Origin: Anaeramoeba ignava BMAN
Taxonomy: Eukaryota; Protista; Anaeramoebae
Assembly (NCBI GenBank): GCA_028826165.1
Contig: JAPDFW010000103.1
Span: 434,001-498,000 of the forward strand
Reading direction: 5' to 3'
DNA length: 64,000 nt
Part shown: piece after piece, positions 12,677 to 27,200 of the stretch
How the letters are laid out: each line of letters opens with the position of its first letter
How positions within the stretch are numbered: the stretch's first letter is position 1
Program-made: the position numbers and the translations under genes
Notes under the pieces: model-generated
Databases searched by the model: none
What the model was told of the DNA's origin: nothing
The model's input: the letters and a program-made list of their open reading frames with translations, nothing else

Positions 12677-13187
12677 TTTTGAAAGGAAAAAAATGAGGAA
12701 AAAAAAAAATAAAAAAAAAAAAGTCAAGAAAAAGAAAAAAAAAAAAAGGAAAAAAAATTTTTTTTTTAATTTAATTTTTTAATTTAATTTTTTAATTTTA
12801 ATTTGAGAAATTATACTTTTTCTTAAATCAATAATTTTAAAAATAAAAATTTGCTTTTTTTTCAAATGTTTATTTTTAATAATTTTTAAAAGGAAATTTT
12901 TGATTTTTCGATTAAAAAAAGATTGAGAAAAGAAAAAAATTTTTTTTTTTTTTGTTTTTTTTTTGTTTTTTAAATAAAAAAATTGAATTAACTTTTTTTA
13001 AGATTTTCTCTATTCTCTTTTCTAATTATTTTTAAATGAAAAAATTTTAAAATTAATTATTTAAATAATTTTAAATTTAATTGTGTAATTTTCTTATTTG
13101 ATCCAATTTATAAAATTAAATTTTTAAATTAAAAAAAATTAAAAAAAGAAAAAAAATTTTTTGTTTTATTGATTTTTTTTTATTTAT

Positions 13188-15774
13188 TTAAATTTCTTTA
13201 AAAAAAGCATGTTTTAAAGCTTGTTCAGCAGTAATTCTTTTTTCAGGAATATATTCACACATTTTTTTAATTAAATCTAAAAATTTTAAATGTTCTGGAT
13301 CTTGAGAAATTATTAAATCTTCTAATTTAATTAATTTTTCCACTTTTTTTTCACACTTTTGATTTAATAAAATTTTTGGGGTATTTAATTTATAATTAGA
13401 ATTGAAATATTTTGAATATTTTCCTCTAATCCAAACAAACAAATAAATAAATAATAAATAAATATTAATTAAATATTAAATAAATATCAAATAAATATTA
13501 ATTATTAAATAATAAATATTAAATATTAAATAAATATTAAATAAATATTAAATAAATAAATATTAATTAAATAATAAATATTAAATATTAAATAAATATT
13601 AAATAAATATTAAATAAATAATAAATATTAAATAAATATTAAATAAATATTAAATATTAAATAAATATTATATATTAAATAAATAAAGATAAAATCTACT
13701 GAGCAAGCTTGATAAAAGAAATAGGAAAATATCCAAAAACTTTTTCCATCATTAATAAATGTTCTGAATTTGAATGCGTTTGGAATAAAACATGACCAGT
13801 ATATAACTCCATTAAAATACAACCAATACTCCAAATATCACAAGAATAAGACCAATTCATACCTAAATAAATTAAAAAAAAATTTAATTGAATAATTAAA
13901 TAAGCTGAGAAAATGAAAACAAATAAAATGGGAAGCAAAAAATAACCTAAAATAACTTCAGGTGGTCTATAATTGCGAGTACAAATAATATCTGAGTGAT
14001 TTTCTTCAATTTCGACAGCGTTTCCAAAATCAATAAGTTTGACTTCATACGAATCTGGAACTTTTAAAAGGAAACCTTTTTCTTCTTTCTGAATATTTTC
14101 GTTTTGGATTTCGATATTCTTTTGGTTGACTCGAATCACATGATATTTTTTATTTATCGTTAAAATATTCTCCGGTTTGAGATCAGTATGGGCAATTTTC
14201 TGGCTATGAAGAACTAATTTATTATTTTAAATATTTGGTTTTTCAAAATTTGTTTGTTGATGTTCATCGACTAGCTTGGTATCCTTGCGACTTGAAAAAG
14301 GTTATGTGTTTTTGTATTCGAAAATTGTAACAATTTACAAGTAATTATTTTAAGAATTTGATTTGCTATTTTTTTCACATATGAAAATGGAAAAGGTTTA
14401 AATTCGTTCATTTTCAAAAAATCGTAGAGGGAAAATCCCAATGGTTCAAAAACCATGCAAAAATGTGTTTTAAATTGGAAGTGATTCAATAAACGAACGA
14501 TTCCACTTAATTTTATAAATGAATTTTATAAATGAATTTTTAATTTAAATTTTAAATTTTAAATTTACAATTTATTCGAATAATCTTTTTTATTTAATTT
14601 TAATAAAATATCAACTTCATATTCTGCAGCACGACAATATCTTTCAACATTTCGAATCACTTTTAATGCAACAACTTTATTTGTTTCAATATCTAAACAT
14701 TCAAAAACCCTTGAAAAAGTACCTAAAATTAAAATTGAAATTAAATTTGAAATTGAATTTGAAATTGAAATTAAAATTATAATTAAAATTAAAATTGAAA
14801 TTAAAATTAAAATTGAAATTAAAATTAAAATAAAAATTAAATTTGAAATTAAAAATAAATTTGAAATTGAAATTAAATTTAAAATTGAAATTAAATTTAA
14901 AATTAAAATTAAATTTAAATTTAAATTTAAATTAAATTTGAAATTAAAATTAAAATCGGATAAAAATTAAATTTGAAATTAAATTTGAAATTAAAATTAA
15001 AATCGGATATTTTTTTTTTGCAAAATTTGAATCATTCTTCAATTAAAATACCTTCCCCCATTAACTTTATAACACAATCTAAAAAAGAAAAGAAAAATAA
15101 TTTTAAAAAATAATTTTAATTTTAATTTTAAAAAAATAAATTAAAAAATAAAATTTTACATTTTGAAGTTATATAATCACCAGAATTTATTATTATTTGA
15201 CCTTCTTTTGTAACATGATATCCATGTTTTGAATTATGACTTGATCTTTTCACATGTTTTCTATGTCTTTTTCTTGAATGTTCACGAATATAATTTGAAT
15301 CAAAATTCTTATTTTTTAAAATTAAAATTAAAAATAAAAATTAAAATTTAAAAATTAAAATAAATTGGAAAACGATATATTTACTTTATGAAATGTTTTC
15401 CTTTTTTTCTTTTGATTAACTTTGTAATTATTTTCTTGATGAAAATTATCTTTTTTTTGATAACGTTCAAAATTTCGAATTTTTTCGTTTTGAAAATTTC
15501 TAAAAGAAGATGATGAACGATGATAAGATTTAGAATGATATTTTTGAATGGAATGATTGTTTTGAGGATAATTTTCATAAACATCATGATCATATCTTCT
15601 TCCTGAATAGATATTTGAATGATGAAAAATTTTTGGATTTATGAAAGTATCAGTATTTGGATAAAAAATGGGGGAAAATGAGAAGAGATTTGAATGAGAA
15701 GATGAATTGAAATGTGAATTTTTTCTTTCTTTAGAAAATATTTTATGATGAGAATTATAATAATGATAATTCAT
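13188..15774 (-). CDS. CLK/LAMMER dual-specificity protein kinase, multi-exon
   Basis: GEG|TFS, VALKVIR, HTDLKPENIL (~14165-14195), LIDFG, TRNYRPPEVILG, WSYSCDIWSIGC and the LAMMER-like EHLLMMEKVFG; S/H/R-rich N-terminus. Confidence 0.9.
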
Positions 15775-16420
15775 AAGAGGAAAAAAATGAAAAAAAAATG
15801 ATTAAAAAATAATTAAAATTACAAAAAAAATTTCGTTAAAAAAATAAAAATAAATTTTAATAAAAAAATTAAAAGAGTTAACAATAAAGGAATAGTCTGA
15901 ATCGAGTTATTCTTCAAAATTTTAATTTCTTTTACAAAATTAATTTTTTGAAAAATTATTTAAAATAACGAATTGAGCTTAAACTTGAAAAAATCTTTTA
16001 AAAAAACCCTTTTTTTCTAAAGATTTTTTCTTCAATAAACTCCAAGTTTCTTCCAACTAGAAAATATAAAAATCAAATCAAATCAAATCAATTCTTTTTT
16101 TTTTCTTTGGATCTTTGAAATTTTCCAATTTCTCTCCAATTTAAAAAAGTTTTGTTTCTGTTACTTGGAAATTAAAGACAAGAAAATTATTATTATTTTT
16201 TTTTTCTTTCTTCTTTAATTGTTCTCTAGAACCTTTATTTATGTTTCTCAGACCTTCCCAATCGATTTTTATTTTTTATTTTTTAAAGTATGTTATCGAT
16301 TAAACGTTTATTCTTTATTGTTAACTCAAAGTATTTAATTTTTTTTTTTTATTTTTTTAAATTTTTCTTTTTTAAAAAATTTTTTTAATTATGGTTTTTT
16401 TTCATATTTATTTAAAATCC

Positions 16421-19410
16421 AAAAATCAAAATCAAAATCAAAATCAAAATCAAAATCAAAATCAAAATCAAAATCAAAATCAAAATCTAAATCTAAATCT
16501 AAATCTAAATATAAATTTAAATCAAAATCTAAATCTAAATCTAAATCTAAATCAAAATCAAAATCTAAATCAAAATCAAAATCAAAATCAAAATCAAAAT
16601 CTAAATCAAAATCAAAATCTAAATCTAAATCTAAATCAAAATCTAAATCTAAATCTAAATCTAAATTTAAATCAAATTCAAATTCAAATCTAAATCTAAA
16701 TCTAAATCTAAATCTAAATCTAAATCTAAATCTAAATCTAAATCTAAATCTAAATCTAAATCTAAATCAAAATCTAAATCTAAATCTAAATCAAAATCTA
16801 AATCAAAATATAAATCTAAATCTAAATATAAATCAAAATATAAATATAAATATAAATCAAAATTAAAATCAAAATATAAATCTAAATATAAATCTAAATC
16901 TAAATCAAAATCAAAATCAAAATCAAAATCTAAATCTAAATCTAAATCTAAATCTAATTCTAAATCTAAATCAAAATATAAATCTAAATCTAAATCTAAA
17001 TATAAATCTAAATCAAAATCTAAATCTAAATCAAAATCTAAATCAAAATATAAATCAAAATCTAAATCAAAATCAAAATCTAAATCAAAATATAAATATA
17101 AATCTAAATATAAATCTAAATATAAATCTAAATCTAAATCAAAATATAAATCTAAATATAAATCTAAATCAAAATCAAAATCAAAATCAAAATCTAAATC
17201 AAAATATAAATCTAAATCTAAATCTAAATCTAAATCTAAATCTAAATCAAAATCAAAATCAAAATCTAAATCTAAATCTAAATCTAAATCTAAATCTAAA
17301 TCAAAATATAAATATAAATCTAAATATAAATCTAAATCTAAATCTAAATCAAAATCTAAATCAAAATCTAAATCTAAATCTAAATCAAAATCAAAATCAA
17401 AATCAAAATCAAAATCTAAATCTAAATCAAAAATCAAAATAAATATAAATATAAATATAAATCAAAATCTAAATCTAAATCTAAATCAAAATCAAAATCA
17501 AAATAAAAATAAAAATATAAATCTAAATCTAAATCTAAATCTAAATCTAAATATAAATCTAAATCTAAATCTAAATCTAAATATAAATCTAAATCAAAAA
17601 TCAAAATATAAATCTAAATCTAAATCTAAATCTAAATCTAAATATAAATCTAAATCTAAATCTAAATCTAAATATAAATCTAAATCAAAAATCAAAATAT
17701 AAATCTAAATATAAATCTAAATCAAAATATAAATCTAAATCTAAATATAAATCTAAATCTAAATATAAATATAAATCTAAATCTAAATCTAAATCTAAAT
17801 CTAAATATAAATCTAAATCTAAATCTAAATCAAAATCAAAATCAAAATCTAAATCAAAATCAAAATATAAATCAAAATATAAATCTAAATCTAAATATAA
17901 ATCTAAATCAAAATCAAAATTTAAATCTAAATCTAAATCAAAATCAAAATCAAAATCAAAATCAAAATCAAAATCAAAATCAAAATCAAAATCAAAATAT
18001 AAATCAAAATATAAATCTAAATCTAAATCTAAATCAAAATCAAAATCAAAATATAAATCTAAATCTAAATCAAAATCAAAATCAAAATCTAAATCAAAAT
18101 CAAAATATAAATCTAAATCTAAATCTAAATCAAAATATAAATCTAAATCTAAATCTAAATCAAAATCAAAATCAAAATCAAAATCAAAATCAAAATCAAA
18201 ATCAAAATCAAAATATAAATCAAAATATAAATCTAAATCTAAATCTAAATCAAAATATAAATATAAATCTAAATCTAAATCTAAATCAAAATATAAATAT
18301 AAATCTAAATCTAAATCAAAATATAAATCTAAATATAAATCTAAATCAAAATATAAATCTAAATCTAAATATAAATCTAAATCTAAATCAAAATATAAAT
18401 CTAAATCAAAATCTAAATCTAAATCAAAATCAAAATCAAAATCTAAATCAAAATATAAATCAAAATCTAAATATAAATCTAAATCAAAATATAAATCTAA
18501 ATATAAATCTAAATCTAAATATAAATCTAAATATAAATCTAAATCAATATCTAAATCTAAATCTAAATCTAAATCAAAATCTAAATCAAAATCTAAATAT
18601 AAATCTAAATATAAATCTAAATCAATATCTAAATCTAAATCTAAATCAAAATCTAAATCAATATCTAAATATAAATATAAATCAAAATATAAATCAAAAT
18701 CTAAATCTAAATATAAATATAAATATAAATCTAAATCTAAATCAAAATCAAAAAATCTAAATCAAAATATAAATCTAAATATAAATCAAAATCTAAATCT
18801 AAATCTAAATCTAAATTAAAATCTAAATCTAAATCTAAATCTAAATCTAAATCTAAATAAAAATCTAAATATAAATCAAAATCAAAATCTAAATCAAAAT
18901 CAAAATCAAAATCTAAATCTAAATCTAAATATAAATTAAAATTAAAATATAAATCTAAATCAAAATATAAATCAAAATCAAAATCAAAATCAAAATATAA
19001 ATCTAAATCAAAATCAAAATCTAAATCTAAATCTAAATATAAATATAAATCTAAATATAAATCTAAATCAAAATATAAATCTAAATCAATATCTAAATCT
19101 AAATATAAATCAAAATCTAAATCAAAATATAAATCAAAATATAAATCAAAATCAAAATATAAATCTAAATCAAAATCAAAATCAAAATCAAAATCAAAAT
19201 CAAAATCAAAATATAAATCTAAATCAAAATCTAAATCAAAATCAAAATCTAAATCTAAATCAAAATCTAAATCTAAATATAAATCTAAATCTAAATCTAA
19301 ATCTAAATCAAAATCAAAATCAAAATCAAAATCAAAATCTAAATATAAATCTAAATCTAAATATAAATCAAAATCAAAATCAAAATCAAAATCAAAATCA
19401 AAATCAAAAT
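16421..19410. repeat. ~3-kb hexamer microsatellite mosaic (AAATCA/AAATCT/AAATAT)
   Basis: About 500 hexamer units between the divergent CLK and TRMT2A genes. Confidence 0.95.
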
Positions 19411-19465
19411 AAAAAAATTGAAAAAAAATTGAAAAAATATAAATCATTTTTTTTTAATTCCAAAA

Positions 19466-21601
19466 ATGAATTTAATAAAAGAAAATAAAATAGAAAATGA
19501 TGAAGAAACTGGTTCATTTTTTAAAATTCAAATTCCTTTTTCTTTTTCTTTTTAAATTAAATTAAAAAAATTTTTGTGTTTAAATTTAGAATTTAGATTC
19601 ACAATTAAACCCTTAAAAAAACAACTACCTAAAAAAGATTTAATAGCATTTCTAAACACATTAGATCTCCAAATGGAATTCTTCAGAGTTTCCAAAGTAC
19701 CAAATCAACCTATGGGGTTTGTAAGCATAAAAGGAACTGAAAACAAAGAAAGATTTATTAATAAAATAAACGGTTCAAAATTCGGGAATAAAATTCTATC
19801 TGTTTCTGCAACTGAGACCGTCGAAGAGCACAGAGAACGCAAGAGAAAAAAAGCAATCAAAACAAACCCACAAATTAAAAGAATTCAAAATGAACCTCCA
19901 AAAAGTATTTCTGATGTAATCACGCCATTACTTTCGTATGTCTTTTTTTTCCTTCATTTCAAATAAAAAATATAGACAATCAATAACAAATCTTCTTCAA
20001 TTTCAAAAGAAGAAGAAAACTATCAAGAAATTGATGTCTTAATAAAATCCAGAAAAAGATATAAAATTAACTAATACAATCCACTTTTTTCTTAATTGAA
20101 ATTCAAAGACTGCCTTATGAAAAACAACTGGAGCACAAAGAAAAACATGTGAAAAATCAACTGCAGAAATTTCGCAAGAAAATCTATAATGAAGACCGTT
20201 CAAATTCTCCGAAATGGAATGTTGAATTTAAAACACTTTTTTCGGGTATAATTCCCGCGCCTCAAACCCAAAAGTACCGAAATAAGGTCGAATTCACAAT
20301 TTCCCGCGACAAAACAGGGAGTATCTGTGTGGGGTTCCAAATCGGTCAACCCAAGCTCGATCTCTTTGATGTCCGTTGGGCAGATGAGTGTGTCAACATC
20401 ACAGACAACTCCAAGAAAATTGCTCATGATTTTGCCGTTTTTTTGAATAGTTCTCAAATACAAGTCTCCAATAACTGGAAAGAGCCAAACTTCTGGAAAA
20501 AACTTACTGTCAGGGAAAGTTGGAATACGAAAGAAATCATGATGAATATTTTTATCAACCCAAAATTCTTCGACGATCCAAATCACAAACAACTTGAATC
20601 GAAAATTAAAGAGGAAAAAAGCAGAATTGTTTCCTTTTTTTGTAACAATGATTATCCGTTGAGCATCACAACAATTATCATGACAGAATCAACAAGCTCG
20701 TTTGATATGAACATTGAAGAATCAGGAGTCGAAATTTTATTTGGAAAAGGATTTATAACGGAAAAAGTGATGGATCTCAATTTCCAAATTTCTCCTCTTT
20801 CTTTTTTTCAGACCAATACAACAACAACTGAAAAAATATTTGGAATTGTATCTGATCTTGTTATGAAAAAAGTTGATCAACTCGATCAAGTTGATCAAAA
20901 TTCGAAAAATTTTTTTCCCCGTTTCCAAAAAGATCAGACACTACTTCTTGATTTATGTTGTGGAACTGGCACAATTGGTCTCTCTCTTGCAAAATTTGTT
21001 GATCTTGTTATTGGAATTGAGATTGTTCCTTCAGCTGTCAAAGATGCAGAAAAAAATGCTGAAATTAACGATATTAAAAATTCTAAATTTATTTGTGGAA
21101 AAGTTGAAGAAAGTCTTTCAAAAGTTCTTCATTCAGAAGAAGTTAAGAAATATTCAAATATTGTTTGCATTGTGTAAGAATTTTTTTTTTAAATGAAAAA
21201 AAAGCAAAAAAAAAAATTTTAATTTTAATTTTAATTTTAAAAAAAAAATTCAAAAGAGATCCTCCACGTTCTGGTTTACCAACTAAAACAATTAAAGCTA
21301 TTCGTAAATGTGAAAAGATTTCTAGATTAATATATGTTAGTTGTAATATCAAAACAATGTCAGAAAATCTTTTTTTGTAAGTTAAAATATTAATTAATTT
21401 TTTTATTAATTTTTTTATTAATCCAAAAATTTTTTCTCACTTTTTTTTATTTATAAAAAATAAAAAAGTCTTTGTAAAAAACCAACAAAATCTTATATAA
21501 ATGATCCTTTTGAACCGAAAATTTGGTATGCAATTGATGCTTTTCCTTCTACAGAACATGTTGAAGTTGTTATGCTTTTAACAAGAAATGAAAAAAATTA
21601 A
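19466..21601 (+). CDS. TRMT2A: tRNA (uracil-5)-methyltransferase TRMT2A/Trm2, multi-exon
   Basis: RRM-like N-terminus; ITPL|LPYEKQL, YRNKVEF, ISPLSFFQTN, LDLCCGTGTIGL, DPPRSG, YVSCN, DAFPSTEHVE; stop at 21599-21601. Confidence 0.9.
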
Positions 21602-21730
21602 AACAAAATTAAAACAAAATTAAAACAAAATTAAAACAAAAATTAAAACAAAATTAAAACAAAATAAAAACAAAATTAAAACAAAATTAAAACAAAATTA
21701 AAACAAAATAAAAACAAAATAAAAACAAAA
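21597..21730. repeat. 11-bp tandem repeat AAAACAAAATT
   Basis: About 11 visible copies right after the TRMT2A stop codon. Confidence 0.8.
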
Positions 21731-22032
21731 ACAAAAGCATTTTTTTCTCTTTTTTATTTAAATTGGAAAGGAATTTTGAAACAAATATCGAAAAGAACAA
21801 ATGAAAATGAAAACGAAAAAGAAAACGAAAACGAAAAAAAATCAAAAAAAAAAAGAAAAAAATGAAAAGTTTTTTTTAAAAAATGGTTTAATTAATGTTG
21901 AAAAAAAGAAAAAAGAAAAAAGAAAAAAATTTTTTTTTTTTTGGATTAAATTTTTGGATTGTTTGTTTTTTTTTTTTTAATAAAGAAAAATAAATGATTT
22001 ATAATTAATAAGAAATTTAGAATTTATGGATT

Positions 22033-23283
22033 TTAATTTACATCAGATTCCTTATCAGTAATCAAAGGAATTTCTTGATCTTCCAAATTTTTAAGATTTG
22101 AAAAAGAATTTGAGTTTTTTGGAATATTTTTTTGATTTGAAACAGAACGATGAATTAAAGCATCAGAATCAGAATCAGAATCAGAATCAGAATTTGAATT
22201 TTTGATATTTTTGATATTTTTGATATTTTTGATATTTTCATCATTTGAATCATTTGAATTATTTGAATTATTTGAATTATTTGTGAAAAATAATTCATCT
22301 TTTTCAATTTGTTCAATTTTTTCAATTTGTTCATCTTTTTCATCTTTTTCAATTTGTTCATCTTTTTCATCTTCTCTTGCAGAATCAAAGGGACTTGATC
22401 TATCCTCAACATGAATTGAATAAGTTTCATTCAAATCAATTTTTGGAAATTGATTTTTTCCATTTTTTTGATTTCTTAGCTTTTTTTCTTTCATATGATA
22501 ATAAATAAGAAAAATAAGTAGAACCCACTGTTGGATATCAGCAGAAAAATAAGCGAGCCAAGTTGAGACATTTTCTTTAGAAACAAACGCGAGAAAATAG
22601 CTATTAAGAAGACCACCAGGTGCCTGAATAAGAAGCATAATAATAGAATAAGAACCGGGAGTTTTTGTTTTATAAGTTTTGACAATTTGAGGAACAAATT
22701 GGAAAAAATTATTTGCCGTTGAAATATATCCATAAACCATTGCAAGAACTCTCGGTGATTTTCCGCAAACACCATATTTTGCAATAAGAAAAGTGAAGAC
22801 AAAAACTGAAACAATTACTAAAATCATGTTGAATAAAAAAAGAAAAGTTGCAATTTTATATTCTCTTTGAAGTTTTTTGATTGTTTGAAGATCCTCTTTG
22901 AAATCAATTTGATGGTAGATCATAAAAAGTACAAAAACTGGGAAAAAAACTGACCACAAACCGACTATTTGGAACAATCCAAGTAGTGATGAATAACAAT
23001 GCTTAAACCCCACTTGTCCGCAAGCCATCAATTCGGGCATTTTGAGAACAACAACATTTGCTGCGGACATGAATTGGTTGAGTGTTGTGAAAAATACAGA
23101 ATAAACACTGATCCCATATATTGATTGCTTTTGAAATACTTTCACTACTTGTGGTACATAGGATATTACCGCTCCAAATCCTAAACATATCCCTAATACT
23201 ACCCCAATTTTAGACATTTGAACTAGGAAAGAACGAAAATCAAGAAATCCTCCAACTGTATCATAATCTTCCGGACAACTCAT
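22033..23283 (-). CDS. PQ-loop repeat membrane protein (transporter-like)
   Basis: Two PQ motifs (SYVPQVVK..GIS; FVPQIVKTYK..GSYS), about 7 hydrophobic segments, low-complexity tail. Confidence 0.88.
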   Translation of the reverse strand: MSCPEDYDTVGGFLDFRSFLVQMSKIGVVLGICLGFGAVISYVPQVVKVFQKQSIYGISVYSVFFTTLNQFMSAANVVVLKMPELMACGQVGFKHCYSSLLGLFQIVGLWSVFFPVFVLFMIYHQIDFKEDLQTIKKLQREYKIATFLFLFNMILVIVSVFVFTFLIAKYGVCGKSPRVLAMVYGYISTANNFFQFVPQIVKTYKTKTPGSYSIIMLLIQAPGGLLNSYFLAFVSKENVSTWLAYFSADIQQWVLLIFLIYYHMKEKKLRNQKNGKNQFPKIDLNETYSIHVEDRSSPFDSAREDEKDEQIEKDEKDEQIEKIEQIEKDELFFTNNSNNSNNSNDSNDENIKNIKNIKNIKNSNSDSDSDSDSDALIHRSVSNQKNIPKNSNSFSNLKNLEDQEIPLITDKESDVN

Positions 23284-23399
23284 TTCTCTTTTTTTTTTTA
23301 AATAAAAATGAAAAATGAAAAAATGAAAAAATGAAAAATGAAAAATGAAAAAATTTGATTTTTAATTTAAAATAAAATCAAAAAACAAAATAGGAATTA

Positions 23400-24240
23400 A
23401 ATTTTTGATTATTTTTTTTATTTAATTTTTTATTTTTTGAATTATTTTTGATTATTTTTTTATTTAATTTTTTATTTTTTGGATTATTTTTTGATTATTT
23501 TTTTTTATTTAATTTTTTATTTTTTGGATTATTTTTGATTATTTTTTTTTATTTAATTTTTTATTTTTTGGATTATTTTTTGATTATTTTTTTTATTTAA
23601 TTTTTTATTTTGGAATTAATTTTGGATTATTTTTTTTATTTAATTTTTTATTTTTTGAATTATTTTTTTTATTTAATTTTTTATTTTTTGAATTATTTTT
23701 GATTATTTTTTTTATTTAATTTTTTATTTTTGGAATTATTTTTGATTATTTTTTTTATTTAATTTTTTATTTTTTGAATTATTTTTTGATTATTTTTTTT
23801 ATTTAATTTTTTATTTTTTGAATTATTTTTGATTATTTTTTTTATTTAATTTTTTCTTTTTTGGATTAATTTTGGATTATTTTTTTTATTTAATTTTTTA
23901 TTTTTTGAATTATTTTTGATTATTTTTTTTATTTAATTTTTTCTTTTTGAATTATTTTTGAATTATTTTTTTTATTTAATTTTTTATTTTTGGATTATTT
24001 TTGATTATTTTTTTATTTAATTTTTTATATTTTGGAATTATTTTTTGATTATTTTTTTTATTTAATTTTTTATTTTTTGAATTATTTTTTGAATTATTTT
24101 TTTTATTTAATTTTTTATTTTTTGAATTATTTTTGATTATTTTTTTTATTTAATTTTTTCTTTTTTGAATTATTTTTTGAATTATTTTTGATTATTTTAT
24201 TTTTTATTTTTTGTTTAATTTTTTATTTTTGGATTACTTT
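23400..24240. repeat. ~40-bp tandem repeat (GATTATTTTTTTATTTAATTTTTTATTTTTTGAATTATTTTT)
   Basis: About 20 copies with variable T-run lengths. Confidence 0.85.
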
Positions 24241-24266
24241 TGTTTAAAATTTTTTCTTTTTTTGGA

Positions 24267-27200
24267 TTAATTTTGATTAAGTTTGTAATTTAAGCAAAAT
24301 TCATAAATTTTAACTGAAAATTTAATTTCAATATCTTCTTGTATATTTTCTTTAATTGATTTTGCTAATTCATTAAATCCTTTTGATTTTGCTTCTCTTT
24401 TTAAACAATCTTTAAGAAGATCATCTTCTTTGAAAATTTGAGGTGAACTAACTAATTTCTGAAAGAAAGTTTGGAAAATCATTAATAATTTTGTTAAATC
24501 AATTTCTTTTATAAATTCTCTAAAATTCTCTAAATTATTTGTTTGAGGTTCTTTTTTATATTTTGGATCAATTTGTTCAATAATATTTGTTAAATTCTTT
24601 TGAATATTTTCATAAATAGAACGTAAATGTTTGATTTTAAGATCTTCCATAATTGATTTTAATTTTGGATTATTTTTGAATATATTAGAAATTTCTTGTT
24701 GAGGTTTGTAATTATTTGAATCAATAAATTGAGATAAACTTTTTTCAATATCTGGTTGTTTTTGTTCAGAATCAAGATCAGAACATAAATTAATTAAATC
24801 TTCACAAATAAATGAGAAAAAAGATAATTGTGAATTTGCTTTTAAATTATCTAAAAGTTCATTCAAAATATTTGTTGGTACTTCAACTTGTCCCCATTCT
24901 ATTTTCCCAAAAAAAGATGTATCTACTATAACTTTATCTTTGAATTGGAAGTTTTCAACATTTATAAATATATCATATGCTAAAACACTTGGTATTAGTT
25001 TTTGTTTAATCAAATTTTCAAAATCATCAAAATTATTAATATTATGAAATTTAAGATGTTCATTAATTTCTTTAAATCCAAAATTAAAATCAGAATCAAC
25101 AACATTAGTTTCTTTGTTTAGTAAATCTACTTTAAATGGAAATAAAACATTTATTTTCTTTTTCTTAATATTTTCTTTTTCTTTTTCTTTTTCTTTTTCT
25201 TTAAATAAAATTGTTTTAATTTGTTGTTTTAAATCATGTTGTAATTTACAAACAAATCTGATAATAGTTTCAATATTTATTTGGTTTTCTGGATATGGAA
25301 GAAATTTACTAATTGATGTTGTTTCATTTATTTCTTCAATTTTCATTAATTCAGTTAAATATTCAATTTCTTTATCTTTTTCATCAATATATTTTATTTT
25401 TCTATTGAAATTAATTGCAGTTTCTTGATTAATTTCACTTAAAGAATAAATCCAACATTCAATAAATTCATTTTTCCATTTTTCTATATTTTCATAATTT
25501 TGATTAATTTCTTTTAAAACATCTTTAATTGTTATGAATTTTATAGTTTCAAATTTATGTTTCCCAGAATATTTTGAATGAATAATACTTGAAAATTTAA
25601 GAAATGATGGAAATAAATTTAGAATCTTTAATTTGGAATAATTTTCTAAAAAGAATGAAATAATTTGATATTTCTTTTTATATTCATCAATTTCTTTTGG
25701 TTTCAAGAATTTTGAAGTTAAATTTGATATTGGATCTTTATTTAATAATAAAATTGAATCTTCAATAATGTTGTTATTTTGTTTATTTTGTTTAATCTGT
25801 AAAAGAATATCTTCATGTTTTTCTTTGAAAGTTGTTTTTAATAATTCTTTCCATTTTTCAATCTCATTTAAGTTTGAATTGATGTTTTCAGGTTTTGAAA
25901 TATAAGATAAGAAGAGTGAATAATATAATTTTGTATCTATCATAGAAATATTTAAAATATTTGATAAACTTTCCATTTCATTATAAATTAATTTTCTAAA
26001 TTTTTCATCTGAATCTGTTATTTGATTTTTGATTTTTTCTTGAATTTTCTTATCATTATCATTTCGAATTATAAGTTTATTTTTATTTTTGTGTGAATAG
26101 AATCCAACTAAATATAATAATGAATAATGAATAATTCTTGATATTCTTGTGATAATAATTGTATCAATATCAAATAATCTAAATAAAATATTTGGTTCAT
26201 TATAATTTCCTAATCCAAAAATATTACAAATTTTTCCAATTTGTTTTTGATTAAACATTGGTGATACAATATTTTTATTTTTTAAATATTTATGTGCTGT
26301 TTCAAATATCATAAAAGCTGAATAATCTAAAGATTCATTAGCCAAATTAATTTGATTTTCTGAATAATGTTTTTCTATTAAATCAAAAACAGTTGAATAT
26401 ATTATTATTTTCATTTCATCATTGAGATTATTTTGATATTTATCTTTCATAGTTTGTATTGGTAATGTAGCTGTTTTAAGTGTATCATCAATTAAATTTT
26501 GATATATTGAAAAAATTTCATTTGATATTGATTCTTTTTCTGAATTTAATTGTGGTTGTTGTAAGAAAATTTTTTTAAATTTGGTTTTTATATTTTTCTT
26601 TGAATTTTTATCTTCAATATATTTTCTTGCAAAAATATCATATTTTTCAAAAAGATTTTCTGATATAAATTTTAGATAATGTTTGTCATTAGATTTTTTG
26701 ATTATATTTATACGTTCCATTATTTCATTTTTATTATTTGATATATTAATAATATAATAAATTTTCTCAATAAATTTTTGATAATCATCCAAAATATTAG
26801 TTGCATTATCAATTTGTGGAAAGAATATTTTCGAATCTGAATCAAATTTTGGATTTGATTTTTTGAAATATTGAAATACACTTTGTAAAAATGTGAAAGG
26901 AATAAATTTAAAATTATTTTTTTCTAATTTAAATTGTTTTCGAATATTCTCATTCTCATTAATGAATTTCTTTTCAAATTGTTCTGTTGATGAATTTATA
27001 ATAATAAAAATTTGATGAAATAAAATTGTAAGTAAATTTGGTAAATAGTTTTTTTCAGTTGAAAATATTTGATTAATTTTTGTTCCATCATTTCTTAAAT
27101 CTTCAATTATTTTATTGAATAAATCTTGAATTTCTTTTGTTTGATTTGTAAATTGATTATATTTAAATATTAATTTGAAATAATTTTCAAAAAGGATTAA

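Noticed and set aside
16391-19447. ORFs encoding NQ/NL or DL/DF dipeptide runs
   Set aside because: They are stop-free translations of a hexamer microsatellite with no coding complexity.
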